From contig JAWCME010000004.1 of assembly GCA_039091335.1 (NCBI GenBank), positions 1-38,230 on the forward strand: DNA of 38,230 bases. The letters run 5' to 3'. Every line of letters begins with the position of its first letter. Position 1 is the first letter of the stretch. This DNA comes from Candidatus Aenigmatarchaeota archaeon. GTDB taxonomy: Archaea; Aenigmatarchaeota; Aenigmatarchaeia; CG10238-14; SCSR01. The translations under genes and the position numbers were made by a program. Below the pieces are notes generated by a model. That model had not been told where the DNA came from. It did not search any database and worked only from the letters and a program-made list of their open reading frames with translations. Positions 1 to 8,664 of this stretch are shown here, piece by piece.

Positions 1-430
1 AACCACCTCTCTCCAATTTTCTAATTAATTCTTTCATCTCTTCTATATGTTGGGTTGCTCTTGGAGTAATATGCGGCATTAAAATATTCAGCTTTTTTAT
101 GTCTTCAAAGAACACTTTTGTAAAAAATTCTGCAACCTCCCAGGCTGTTTTTCTTTCCCTTTTTGCTCCAACTTCAATCTTATCTTCTCCTGTATCCGCA
201 TCGCTTGTTAGATGGCCAACATCTGTAATATTCATCACATGCCTTACTTTAAAACCATTAAATTCTAAAATCCTTCTTAGCAAATCTTCAAAAGTGTAAG
301 CCCTAAGATTTCCTATGTGAGCAAAATCATAAACAGTAGGACCACAGGTATACATTCTTACTTCGTTTTTTCTTATTGGCTCAAAAATTTCTTTTTTTCT
401 TGTTAAGGTGTTATAAAGTTTCAATGTCAT
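1..430 (-). CDS. cysS: Cysteinyl-tRNA synthetase, N-terminal part (runs off the left edge of the window)
   Basis: Manual translation from ATG at 430 (an in-frame ATG also lies at 436): [45 protein letters not shown]...[20 protein letters not shown]. It has the CGPTVY and HIGN (HIGH-type) signatures of CysRS. Missing from the ORF track because the stop codon is outside the window. Confidence 0.97.
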   Translation of the reverse strand, partial: MTLKLYNTLTRKKEIFEPIRKNEVRMYTCGPTVYDFAHIGNLRAYTFEDLLRRILEFNGFKVRHVMNITDVGHLTSDADTGEDKIEVGAKRERKTAWEVAEFFTKVFFEDIKKLNILMPHITPRATQHIEEMKELIRKLERGG

Positions 431-450
431 AATCATCTTTTATATTTAAA

Positions 451-572
451 AGCTCGGGATGGGAACTTCAGAGCAAAGCTCTTTTGAACCCATATGCGTC
501 GGTCTCAACTTATCATCAATTTTCAAAAGACCAACTGCAGCCGACTGCCTAACCAGATTCGGCCACCCGAGC
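451..572 (-). tRNA. tRNA-Cys(GCA) with two introns (37/38 at 534-504, 31 nt; 59/60 at 482-465, 18 nt); CCA not encoded
   Basis: Reverse complement: GCTCGGG TG GCCG AATCTGGTT AGGC A GTCGG CT GCA G[TTGGTCTTTTGAAAATTGATGATAAGTTGAG]A CCGAC GCAT ATGGG TTCAAA[AGAGCTTTGCTCTGAAGT]T CCCAT CCCGAGC T. The acceptor (7 bp), anticodon (5 bp) and T (5 bp) stems pair perfectly, and U73 is the Cys discriminator. Confidence 0.95.
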
Positions 573-659
573 AACTTAATATTATTTATATAATAATTTT
601 TATATCTATCACAGCTCTCACATTCTTTCGTATTTATCAAGCTTTTTAGACTTAATAAA

Positions 660-848
660 TCATCTTTCATTTTCTTCACTTAATAAAAATTTTTTTCTCC
701 TCAAATCGGAGAATAGTAAAATTTCTTTTATATAACCAGACCTTTTCAGTTTTGCAAGATAGTAAGAAATTGTCCTTTCTGGAAGTTTTGTTTTTTTCCT
801 TAACTCCTCTCTAGTTTTTGCTATCTTCAAAGCTTTTTTAATAGTCAA
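660..848 (-). CDS. Small winged helix-turn-helix protein (putative transcriptional regulator); TTG start uncertain
   Basis: KTREELRKKTKLPERTISYYLAKLKRSGYIKE...SDLRRKKF fits the archaeal small wHTH pattern (T.xEL..xT.LPERTI.Y.L..L...G.I, DxRR wing). There is no in-frame ATG upstream. Confidence 0.65.
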   Translation of the reverse strand: MTIKKALKIAKTREELRKKTKLPERTISYYLAKLKRSGYIKEILLFSDLRRKKFLLSEENER

Positions 849-927
849 AAAGGCAAAGGCTATCGCCCATATTAACCCTATATAAAATTGAGAGGAAAAA
901 TACTAAAAACTTTCGAAAGTGGCAAAT

Positions 928-1356
928 TTATTTTTTCATATGGGTTATGAAAAGGTTGTATGTTGGAAGTGTTATCTTACTTTTAAACTCGGGCTCAAGC
1001 TTTGAAATTTCATCAAATGTTTTGCACTCTAAAACCTTTTTTATTATTTTTTTACCATTAAAAACTATTTCTTCAGTCATTTTCAGGTCAACTTGTGAAT
1101 ATCTGGATCGAACAAGCCCAACAATATTATCTATAAGACTAATTATCACTGCTTTATATCCCTCTAAAAATTTGACATCTCCAAGACTTGAACCCAACTC
1201 CCTTTTTAAATCAAGTAATATTGGAGAAAGCTTGTCGTCTAAAATTCTTAATAGCAAATTATCACAAAAATTTAGCCTAAACCTTTTTGCGTCCAATATG
1301 TCCTGGGTTGCTATGCACAATGCTATTGGTGTAATGTCAGCAAGTGTTATAGACAT
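928..1356 (-). CDS. Hypothetical protein (142 aa, predicted helical)
   Basis: ATG-initiated ORF with protein-like composition, divergent from IF2. No recognisable motif. Confidence 0.75.
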   Translation of the reverse strand: MSITLADITPIALCIATQDILDAKRFRLNFCDNLLLRILDDKLSPILLDLKRELGSSLGDVKFLEGYKAVIISLIDNIVGLVRSRYSQVDLKMTEEIVFNGKKIIKKVLECKTFDEISKLEPEFKSKITLPTYNLFITHMKK

Positions 1357-1439
1357 AATAATTATTTCTCATTTTAAATCTAAAGATTTAACATCTTGAA
1401 CAATTAAATACCATAAACAAAAATTAATTTGTGGTTGAA

Positions 1440-3164
1440 ATGAAAATAAGAGCTCCTATAGTTATAACATGTGGTCATGTAGATGCAGGAAAAACGACTC
1501 TATTAGACAAGATTAGGGGAACTGCTGTAACAAAAATGGAGCCAGGCGAATTAACACAATATATATCATGTAGCTTCATACCACTTAACACAATAAAAAA
1601 ACTTTGTGGAAGATTAATAGAAAAATTAAAAGTTGAGATTGAAATTCCTGGTATTTTATTAATAGACACGCCAGGACATGCGAGTTTTCTTAGCTTAAGG
1701 AAGAGGGGTGGTTCTGCCTCCGATATAGCAATTTTAGTTGTTGACATTAACGAGGGATTTCAAGAACAAACAGATGAAAGTCTTTCTGTGTTGAAAGAAT
1801 TTAAAATTCCATTTGTTGTTGCTGCAACAAAAATAGACAAAATCCAAGGATGGCAGTCTTATGCTAATTCTTGCTTCCTTGAAAGTTTTGAAAAACAGAC
1901 AGAAAGCTCCAAGAACGAATTAGAGAAAAAAATATATAGAATAGCTTCTCAACTCTATGAAAGAGGGTTTGATTCAGAAAGATTCGATAGAGTAGAGGAT
2001 TTTAGAAAAAAGGTAGTTATAGTTCCTGTAAGTGGAATATCAGGAGAAGGTATTCCAGAACTTTTAATGGTATTGGCAGGAATTGCTCAACAATTCTTAA
2101 AAGAGAGGTTAATACTTTCAAACTTTACTCGTGGCATTGTGCTGGAGGTCAAGGAAACAGTTGGGTTTGGTATTACCATAGATGTTATACTTTACGACGG
2201 AAGCCTAAAAAGAGGTGACTACATCGTAATAGGAGGAAAAGAACCTGTAATTACAAAAATAAGGGCCCTCCTTCTTCCAAGGGCTCTTCAGGATATAAGA
2301 GTAGAAAAGCAGTTTGAGTCTGTTGAAGAAGTTTTTGCAGCTGCAGGAATAAAAATAGCTGCACCAAAATTAAACGAAGTTATAGCAGGTTCACCTTTGA
2401 TTGGTGTAAAAAATGAAGATGGAATAGAAGAAGCTAAGATAATGGTTCAAAAAGAGGTTGAAGAAATTGAATTTAATAAGCAAATAGATGGTATAGTTTT
2501 AAAGGCTGACACGCTAGGTAGCTTAGAAGCAATGATTAAACTATTGAAGGAGGAAGAAATTCCGATAAGAAAAGCCGAAGTCGGAAACGTAACCAAGGAA
2601 GACATAATTGAATTGCAAAATGTTAAGGAAGAGATTAATAAGGTTGTGCTTGCATTTAATGTTAAGGCCTCTGAGGAAGTAAAGAATCTAGCAAAAGATT
2701 TAAAAATAGAAATCTTTCAGAACAATGTTGTTTATAGGTTAATTGAAGATTACAAACAATGGTGCCTCAAAAAGAAGGAGAGGAAAATAGAAGAAAAACT
2801 TGAAAAGGTTATTCGTCCTGTAAAAATAAAATTGCTTGAAGGATTTGTTTTTCGTGCAAGCAATCCAGCAATATTTGGTGTTGAGGTTTTAGCTGGGCTA
2901 CTCAAGCCCGGAGCATTGATGAAAAGAGAAGATGGAAAGATTGTTGGAAGGGTAAAGGAAATTCAGAAGGAAGGGAAGACCATAAAAGAAGCTAAAATTG
3001 GAGAAAGGGTTGCAATTAGTATGGAGGAGCCAACGATAGGAAGAACTATTAATGAGGGAGATGTTCTAACTTCTGCCTTATCAGAAGAGGATATTAAAAT
3101 CTTGAGAGAGGTGTGGGATAGGCTAAGCGAAGACGAAAGAGAGATAATTAATATAAATTTTTAA
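1440..3164 (+). CDS. infB: Translation initiation factor aIF5B / IF-2
   Basis: IRAPIV..GHVDAGKTTLLDKIRGT (G1), DTPGHASF (G3), KADTLGSLEA and FRASNPAIFGV motifs. ATG at 1440 is preferred over GTG at 1431. Confidence 0.97.
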   Translation: MKIRAPIVITCGHVDAGKTTLLDKIRGTAVTKMEPGELTQYISCSFIPLNTIKKLCGRLIEKLKVEIEIPGILLIDTPGHASFLSLRKRGGSASDIAILVVDINEGFQEQTDESLSVLKEFKIPFVVAATKIDKIQGWQSYANSCFLESFEKQTESSKNELEKKIYRIASQLYERGFDSERFDRVEDFRKKVVIVPVSGISGEGIPELLMVLAGIAQQFLKERLILSNFTRGIVLEVKETVGFGITIDVILYDGSLKRGDYIVIGGKEPVITKIRALLLPRALQDIRVEKQFESVEEVFAAAGIKIAAPKLNEVIAGSPLIGVKNEDGIEEAKIMVQKEVEEIEFNKQIDGIVLKADTLGSLEAMIKLLKEEEIPIRKAEVGNVTKEDIIELQNVKEEINKVVLAFNVKASEEVKNLAKDLKIEIFQNNVVYRLIEDYKQWCLKKKERKIEEKLEKVIRPVKIKLLEGFVFRASNPAIFGVEVLAGLLKPGALMKREDGKIVGRVKEIQKEGKTIKEAKIGERVAISMEEPTIGRTINEGDVLTSALSEEDIKILREVWDRLSEDEREIININF

Positions 3165-3179
3165 AAAAAATATAAAATT

Positions 3180-3905
3180 ATGAATTTAAGGAAAATTATA
3201 TTTGCGATTGTTTTTGTTTTAGTTATTAACTCTGTTGTAGCAGAAGAATTTCCACAAGCAGGAATAACACCAGACAGCTTCCTTTATAATCTAGAGAGAA
3301 TTTGGGAAAGAATTCAACTAAGACTTACTTTTAACCCCACAAACAGAGTAAGGCTTCGCTTGCTTTTTGCTGAGGAAAGAATGTTAGAACTAGATGAAAT
3401 GATAAGAAGGGAGAAATTAGAATTTGTTGAAAATTTGCTCAAAGATAAGGAAGGGGAGCTAGACGAAGCTGATGTAGAAATAGAAAAGTTGAAAATTGCT
3501 GGAATTGATACCACATCCCTACTGGAACACCTATCAAACATGACTTATAAACATGTTGAGGTTTTGGAGAGGGTATTAGAGAGGGTTCCTGAAAGTGCAA
3601 GGCCTGCCATAGAAAAAGCAATAAATCTTTCTGTAGCAAGACATGAAAATTGCATAGAAAGACTGTTGGAAAAAATAAATAAAACAATAGAGAATGTAAG
3701 AAAATTTAACTGTACTATAAATACAGACTGTATGCGTCTATTATGTCCAATGGTAATAGGATATGACACACCACTATGCGAAGATGGAAAATGTACATGT
3801 GGACCAAAATGGAAAATAGCGAATGTTACTAGGTGGAGAGAAAGATTTCAGGAAGAAATAAGAGCAAGAATAGAAGAAAAGATTAGAATCGGATATGGGA
3901 AGTGA
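3180..3905 (+). CDS. Secreted DUF5667-like helical protein with a C-terminal 6-Cys module
   Basis: N-terminal signal peptide, then AGITPDSFLYNLERIWERIQLRLTFNP...LLFAEERMLE, which resembles the DUF5667 pattern. C-terminal CTINTDCMRLLCPMVIGYDTPLCEDGKCTC. Confidence 0.75.
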   Translation: MNLRKIIFAIVFVLVINSVVAEEFPQAGITPDSFLYNLERIWERIQLRLTFNPTNRVRLRLLFAEERMLELDEMIRREKLEFVENLLKDKEGELDEADVEIEKLKIAGIDTTSLLEHLSNMTYKHVEVLERVLERVPESARPAIEKAINLSVARHENCIERLLEKINKTIENVRKFNCTINTDCMRLLCPMVIGYDTPLCEDGKCTCGPKWKIANVTRWRERFQEEIRARIEEKIRIGYGK

Positions 3906-3924
3906 AATGAGAATAAGAAAAACT

Positions 3925-4683
3925 TTAAGCCCTTAGTTTTTTTACAATATCAATGTAAGTTCCGTCTAACAAATATAACTTACAACTATTGATATCTAAA
4001 AACTTATTTTTAAGAATAGGGCCTATTAAATCTTCTTCTATAGTAGTATTTATTGCCAGCCCTCCCAAAAGTTTGTTAAACGTTGGTAAAATTATGATTT
4101 TTAGCCCACCTGTTTTTTTAATTTTATACCTTTTTTTTACAAGTTCCTTATTAATTGCCCCACTTACCCAAACTTGTTCTATGATTTTATAACCAAGCCT
4201 GTCTCTAAATTCTACACATGGATGAATGTGCGACATAAAAAGCAAATCGCATTTCATTAAATTTTTAGATGGCCATGCATGGCCGTGAAAAAAACCATAT
4301 TTCCCAAGCCTAAACCCCCTACTTCCATAAATTTTTATTCTTTTTGGTATAATCTCTTCAACTCCAGCATCGTGATTCCCTTTAACAAGAATTACTCTAA
4401 ACTTTTCTTCTAAAAATTCTAAAAGTTTTGGAATTTCTGTCTCTTCTCTTATGGTTATACCAGGGACTTTGTGTTTTATATCACCTAAGATTATCAATAT
4501 TTTGGCCTTTGTCATTTTAGAAATTATATTTAAAGTTTCTTGAAATTTTATTCTTTGTGGAGGAATGATTATTCCTTTCTTAAAAAGTTCATGTTCTAAT
4601 CCAAGATGAAGCTCAGCTATAACCAAAGCCCTTTCTTCTGGAATAAAAGCTACTGGCTCGTTTGTTATAAACTTTATTGTCAT
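3925..4683 (-). CDS. Calcineurin-like metallophosphoesterase (COG1407-type)
   Basis: ELHLG (variant DxH), LGDIKH, KGNHD, HGH, SHIHP and PTFN motifs. Confidence 0.9.
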   Translation of the reverse strand: MTIKFITNEPVAFIPEERALVIAELHLGLEHELFKKGIIIPPQRIKFQETLNIISKMTKAKILIILGDIKHKVPGITIREETEIPKLLEFLEEKFRVILVKGNHDAGVEEIIPKRIKIYGSRGFRLGKYGFFHGHAWPSKNLMKCDLLFMSHIHPCVEFRDRLGYKIIEQVWVSGAINKELVKKRYKIKKTGGLKIIILPTFNKLLGGLAINTTIEEDLIGPILKNKFLDINSCKLYLLDGTYIDIVKKLRA

Positions 4684-4752
4684 ATTTTTATATTGTGGAA
4701 GAAAAAAATATACTGATTTAATTTTATATTCTTGACAATCAATTTAAAATCT

Positions 4753-6261
4753 ATGAAAGAAATTGGTACTGTAATCTCAAGTTTACAGGACCCAAACAGC
4801 AGTGAATTCTCTTTTGTCATAAATGAAGATAAGGAGAAAATTCCTGTGAAGAAGAATGAATACATACAGCTCAAGACAGAGCAAGGACTGTTAATAGCAA
4901 GAGTTGCTGAAATTTTTAGAATGAACAGATATTTCATGAGAGCTGAATCTGTAAGAGAATATGAAAGGGGTGGAAGTAATTTGAGAGAGATTTTTCCTGC
5001 AGACAGATGGGAATTTCTTGTTGCCTCTGCCCTACCTTTAGGTATTTTTGAAAACGGTAAGCAGTTTAGAGTTTCTTTTCCTCCTTCCCCCGGAGAAAAG
5101 GTTTATAAAGCTGATGAAAAATTGCTTTCAGAATTTTTGGGTTTGGACGAAAACGGCTTAGCTATTGGCAAGATGGAAGCACATGAAGTTGAAGTAAAGT
5201 TAAATTTGACCAAGCTTTTCCAAAAACATTTAGCAATTCTTGCAATAAGTGGTGCTGGCAAGAGCTACCTTGCCTCAGTATTAATAGAAGAAATTTTAGA
5301 TAGAAAAAATAAAATAAAACCTGCTATAATAGTTTTCGACCCGCACGGTGAATATATTGGGTTTAGTGAAGATGAAAATTATGCTACTAAAACAAAAGTT
5401 TATGGGAAGAATAAAATTTCTATAGCTACTAACAAGATTTCGGTAAACCTAATGAATGAATTAATACCACAGATATCTTCTGTTCAAAGAAGAGAACTAT
5501 CACCAATAATTAAAAAATTACAAGAAGAGAAGAAAGTTTATGATTTTGACGACTTGATTGAAACTATAGAGAAGAGCGAAATAAATCCGAAAACAAAAAC
5601 TGCCTTAATCTCTTGGATTTCTGAATTAAACTTAACAGGATTGTTTAGCAAAGTAGATTCTCCTTATTTGGAAGAAATTGCAAAGCTTGGTCAGCTTACT
5701 GTGTTTGATCTCTCAGATTTTGTTCATTTAAAAGAGAGACAAATCATCTTAACATACTTTGCAAGAAAGCTTTTTGATTTAAGGAGGCAAGGAAGGGTTC
5801 CTCCTTTTATCCTTTTTGTCGAAGAAAGTCACCAATTCTGCCCAGAAGGCGAAGAAGCTTCCTCTGCAATTTCAAGAAATATTATAGAGCAAATAGCAAG
5901 AGAAGGAAGAAAGTTTGGGGCCTGTTTAGTACTTATAACCCAAAGACCCATAAGGCTTGCAACAACAGCCCTAAGCCAGTGTAATACTCACATCATCATG
6001 AGAATAAACAATCCTTATGATATAAGGCATATAGGCGAGAGTTCAGAAGGTGTAACAAAAGATGTTTTAGATATGCTTCCTGGTTTGAAAGTTGGCGAGG
6101 CTTTGATTGTTGGAGAAGCTGTTAATTATCCGATACTTTTAAGAGTTAGAGAAAGGAGGAGTAAAAAATCCGAGAAAGGAATGAAGTTGGAGGACGCGAT
6201 AGAAAAATTTAAGGAAATGGAAGAAATAAAGGAAAGTGATTTGGAGGTTTTTAAAAAATAG
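4753..6261 (+). CDS. herA: HerA-family bipolar DNA helicase/ATPase (HAS barrel + P-loop)
   Basis: HLAILAISGAGKS (Walker A), FDPHGEY, FVEESHQFCP (Walker B), IAREGRKFG, ITQRP and SQCNT motifs. ATG at 4753 is preferred over TTG at 4732. Confidence 0.93.
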   Translation: MKEIGTVISSLQDPNSSEFSFVINEDKEKIPVKKNEYIQLKTEQGLLIARVAEIFRMNRYFMRAESVREYERGGSNLREIFPADRWEFLVASALPLGIFENGKQFRVSFPPSPGEKVYKADEKLLSEFLGLDENGLAIGKMEAHEVEVKLNLTKLFQKHLAILAISGAGKSYLASVLIEEILDRKNKIKPAIIVFDPHGEYIGFSEDENYATKTKVYGKNKISIATNKISVNLMNELIPQISSVQRRELSPIIKKLQEEKKVYDFDDLIETIEKSEINPKTKTALISWISELNLTGLFSKVDSPYLEEIAKLGQLTVFDLSDFVHLKERQIILTYFARKLFDLRRQGRVPPFILFVEESHQFCPEGEEASSAISRNIIEQIAREGRKFGACLVLITQRPIRLATTALSQCNTHIIMRINNPYDIRHIGESSEGVTKDVLDMLPGLKVGEALIVGEAVNYPILLRVRERRSKKSEKGMKLEDAIEKFKEMEEIKESDLEVFKK

Positions 6262-6402
6262 TGGTGCTGAATTGAAAAAATAAAGTTAATTTTGCTCACA
6301 AAAAATTCAATAATTCTCTTTATATGTTCCAGTATCTCATAATGTTATAACTTATAGCTTAGTTCAAGATTAAAGATTTATCCCAATTTTATGATATTTT
6401 AA

Positions 6403-7122
6403 ATGATGTTTAAATGGCTATTAAGTTTGTTTAAACCAAAAAGGAGAAGGAAGAGAAAGGTAAAAAAAATTGCAAAAATAAAGAAAAAGAAGTTTAAAAT
6501 AAAGAAAGTGTTCTTGGTTTCTGACCTAATGAGCAGAAATATAATCTCAGTCTCTCCAAACTTTACGTTAGAGAAAACGATGCAGATTTTTCTTGAAAAC
6601 AACATATCTGGAGCCCCTGTCTTGGAAAAAAATAGTCTTGTCGGAGAAATAAGTAAAACCGACATATTAAACTTTATTAAAAAGAGGGAGTTTGAAGAAT
6701 TAACAGAAGAAATAAAAAATAAAATTAGAAACACAAGGGTATTTGAACTTATGAAAAAGCCAATATGCATCCAAGAAAAAAGAAAAGTTGAAGAAGCAAA
6801 AAGGAAAATGGAAAAATATGGGATAAGCAGACTTCTTGTCATAAACAAGAAGGGGAAGCTTGTTGGTATAATAACAAAAACTGATTTGTTGAGAGGAATA
6901 TCAAAAGAAGAGATAAAAGAAAATATTTTTACAAAAATTGACGAGATGGTAAAAATGTTGGAGGGGGGACCAAAAACTTTTTCAAAAATTTCCTCTTACT
7001 TAAGAATACCAGAAAGTCTTGTAGAAGAGTGGGCAAAAATTTTAGAAGAGCATGATTTGGTTGAAATCCATTATCCCCCGATTGGTAATCCTGTTGTTAA
7101 ACTGAAAAAATTGGAAGTTTAG
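6403..7122 (+). CDS. CBS-pair protein with a polybasic N-terminus and a C-terminal winged-helix domain
   Basis: Two CBS motifs (VSDLMSRN...ISGAPV...VGEISKTDIL; VFELMKKP...ISRLLV...LVGIITKTDLL), followed by TKIDEMVKML...VEEWAKILEEHDLVEIHYP. Confidence 0.88.
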   Translation: MMFKWLLSLFKPKRRRKRKVKKIAKIKKKKFKIKKVFLVSDLMSRNIISVSPNFTLEKTMQIFLENNISGAPVLEKNSLVGEISKTDILNFIKKREFEELTEEIKNKIRNTRVFELMKKPICIQEKRKVEEAKRKMEKYGISRLLVINKKGKLVGIITKTDLLRGISKEEIKENIFTKIDEMVKMLEGGPKTFSKISSYLRIPESLVEEWAKILEEHDLVEIHYPPIGNPVVKLKKLEV

Positions 7123-7152
7123 CTTATTTTTTAAAAAACAGAATTTATATTG

Positions 7153-8664
7153 ATGAAAAACATAATAGAAGAGTATAAAGTTAAGTCTGAGGAAATTGAA
7201 GCTGAAGTTGAAATAAAAAGAACAGAAGACTTTGTTCTTTTTTATGAATTAAAATTTCCAAGGATAGCAGAAGGTACGATGATGCTCTTAAATAAAGTTA
7301 GAGCAATACTGTTAACAGAAATTCCAATTAAGCCATCTGAGCTTGTAGATTTAACCTCTATAGAAAGTTTGAAGAAGAGGTTTTTTGAAAGGGGGGTTGA
7401 GGTGCTAAAAAAAGAAATGCCTTTTATCGGAATAAACATTCAAAAGTATTTGATTGGATCGCTGATGCAAGAAATGTTTGGCTTAGGAAAGATAGAATTC
7501 TTGTTAGCAGATCCAAACCTTGAGGAAATAGTGATAAATGGCTCAAAAAATCCTGTTTGGGTCTACCATAAAAAGTTGGGATGGCTAAAAACAAATGTTT
7601 TTGTTGAATCCGAATCTGAGATACTAAATTATGCTAACAACATAGGAAGAAAGGTTGGAAGACAAATAACACTTCTTAACCCTTTGATGGATGCTCATCT
7701 ACCAACAGGTGACAGGGTTAATGCAACTTTGTTTCCAATTTCAACCCATGGCAACACAATAACAATAAGAAAATTCAGAAGGTCTCCTTGGACGATAACA
7801 GATTTCATAGAGAATAAAACTTTGAACTATGAAGTTGCTGCCCTGATTTGGCTTGCAATTCAATATGAGATGAATATGATAGTAGCTGGCGGTACCGCTA
7901 GCGGGAAAACTTCTCTACTAAATGTTTTCATGAGTTTCATTCCACCAAACCAAAGAATTGTTAGCATAGAGGACACAAGAGAATTGCAGCTTGCTAATTT
8001 TCTACACTGGGTTCCGTTGACAACGAGAGAACCAAACCCAGAAGGATTGGGAGAGGTAAGCATGTTAAGCTTATTGGTAAATAGCTTAAGGATGAGGCCT
8101 GATAGAATAATTGTCGGTGAGATAAGAAGGGCAAGGGAAGCTGAAGTCCTTTTTGAGGCAATGCATACAGGCCATAGTGTTTATGCAACTTTACATGCTG
8201 ATACAGCAGAACAGGCATTGAAAAGACTAATTAACCCACCAATAGATGTTCCAGAAAGTGTTATAGAGGCTCTTCACCTTTTTGCTGTCGCGTTCAGGGA
8301 TAGAAGGCTTGGAATAAGAAGAATGTTACAATTAAGTGAAATTTTGCCTGGGACTGAAAGGAGCGGACCTCAGCTAAACACTTTATACAGATGGAAACCT
8401 GTAAAAGATGAAATAATAAAGGAAAACGATAGTTTAAGGTTGGTTGAAGAGATAAGGATGCATACAGGAATGACCGACGATGAAATAAAAAAAGATATAG
8501 AAGAAAAAATAGATATTTTGAAATGGTTTGTCAAAAATCAAATAAAAGACCTGGAACAACTTGGACATTTAATTGCAATATATTATTCAGATTCAGAGGG
8601 GATGTTAAAGAGTTTGTATGCAGGAGAACCTCCTGAAAAAATAATTAAAAGCTGGTTTAAATGA
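7153..8664 (+). CDS. Type IV pilus / Tad assembly ATPase (TadA/CpaF/VirB11 family), locus 1
   Basis: GGTASGKT (Walker A), SIEDTRE (Asp box), LRMRPDRIIVGEIR (Walker B), MHTGH and TLHA (His box). Confidence 0.95.
   Translation: MKNIIEEYKVKSEEIEAEVEIKRTEDFVLFYELKFPRIAEGTMMLLNKVRAILLTEIPIKPSELVDLTSIESLKKRFFERGVEVLKKEMPFIGINIQKYLIGSLMQEMFGLGKIEFLLADPNLEEIVINGSKNPVWVYHKKLGWLKTNVFVESESEILNYANNIGRKVGRQITLLNPLMDAHLPTGDRVNATLFPISTHGNTITIRKFRRSPWTITDFIENKTLNYEVAALIWLAIQYEMNMIVAGGTASGKTSLLNVFMSFIPPNQRIVSIEDTRELQLANFLHWVPLTTREPNPEGLGEVSMLSLLVNSLRMRPDRIIVGEIRRAREAEVLFEAMHTGHSVYATLHADTAEQALKRLINPPIDVPESVIEALHLFAVAFRDRRLGIRRMLQLSEILPGTERSGPQLNTLYRWKPVKDEIIKENDSLRLVEEIRMHTGMTDDEIKKDIEEKIDILKWFVKNQIKDLEQLGHLIAIYYSDSEGMLKSLYAGEPPEKIIKSWFK

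Noticed and set aside
446-679. 77-aa minus-strand ORF with a CxxC motif
   Set aside because: More than half of it runs through the tRNA-Cys gene and its AT-rich promoter, so it is most likely a chance open frame. A real overlapping peptide cannot be fully excluded.
1810-1845. IF2 G4 motif TKID instead of NKID; also ELH instead of DLH in the phosphoesterase at 3925-4683
   Set aside because: Single conservative variants with the other motifs intact, so there is insufficient basis to claim altered function.
6262-6402. 141-nt intergenic region as a possible ncRNA or small ORF
   Set aside because: AT-rich, with no stable stems or box motifs and only very short ORFs. Consistent with a promoter region.
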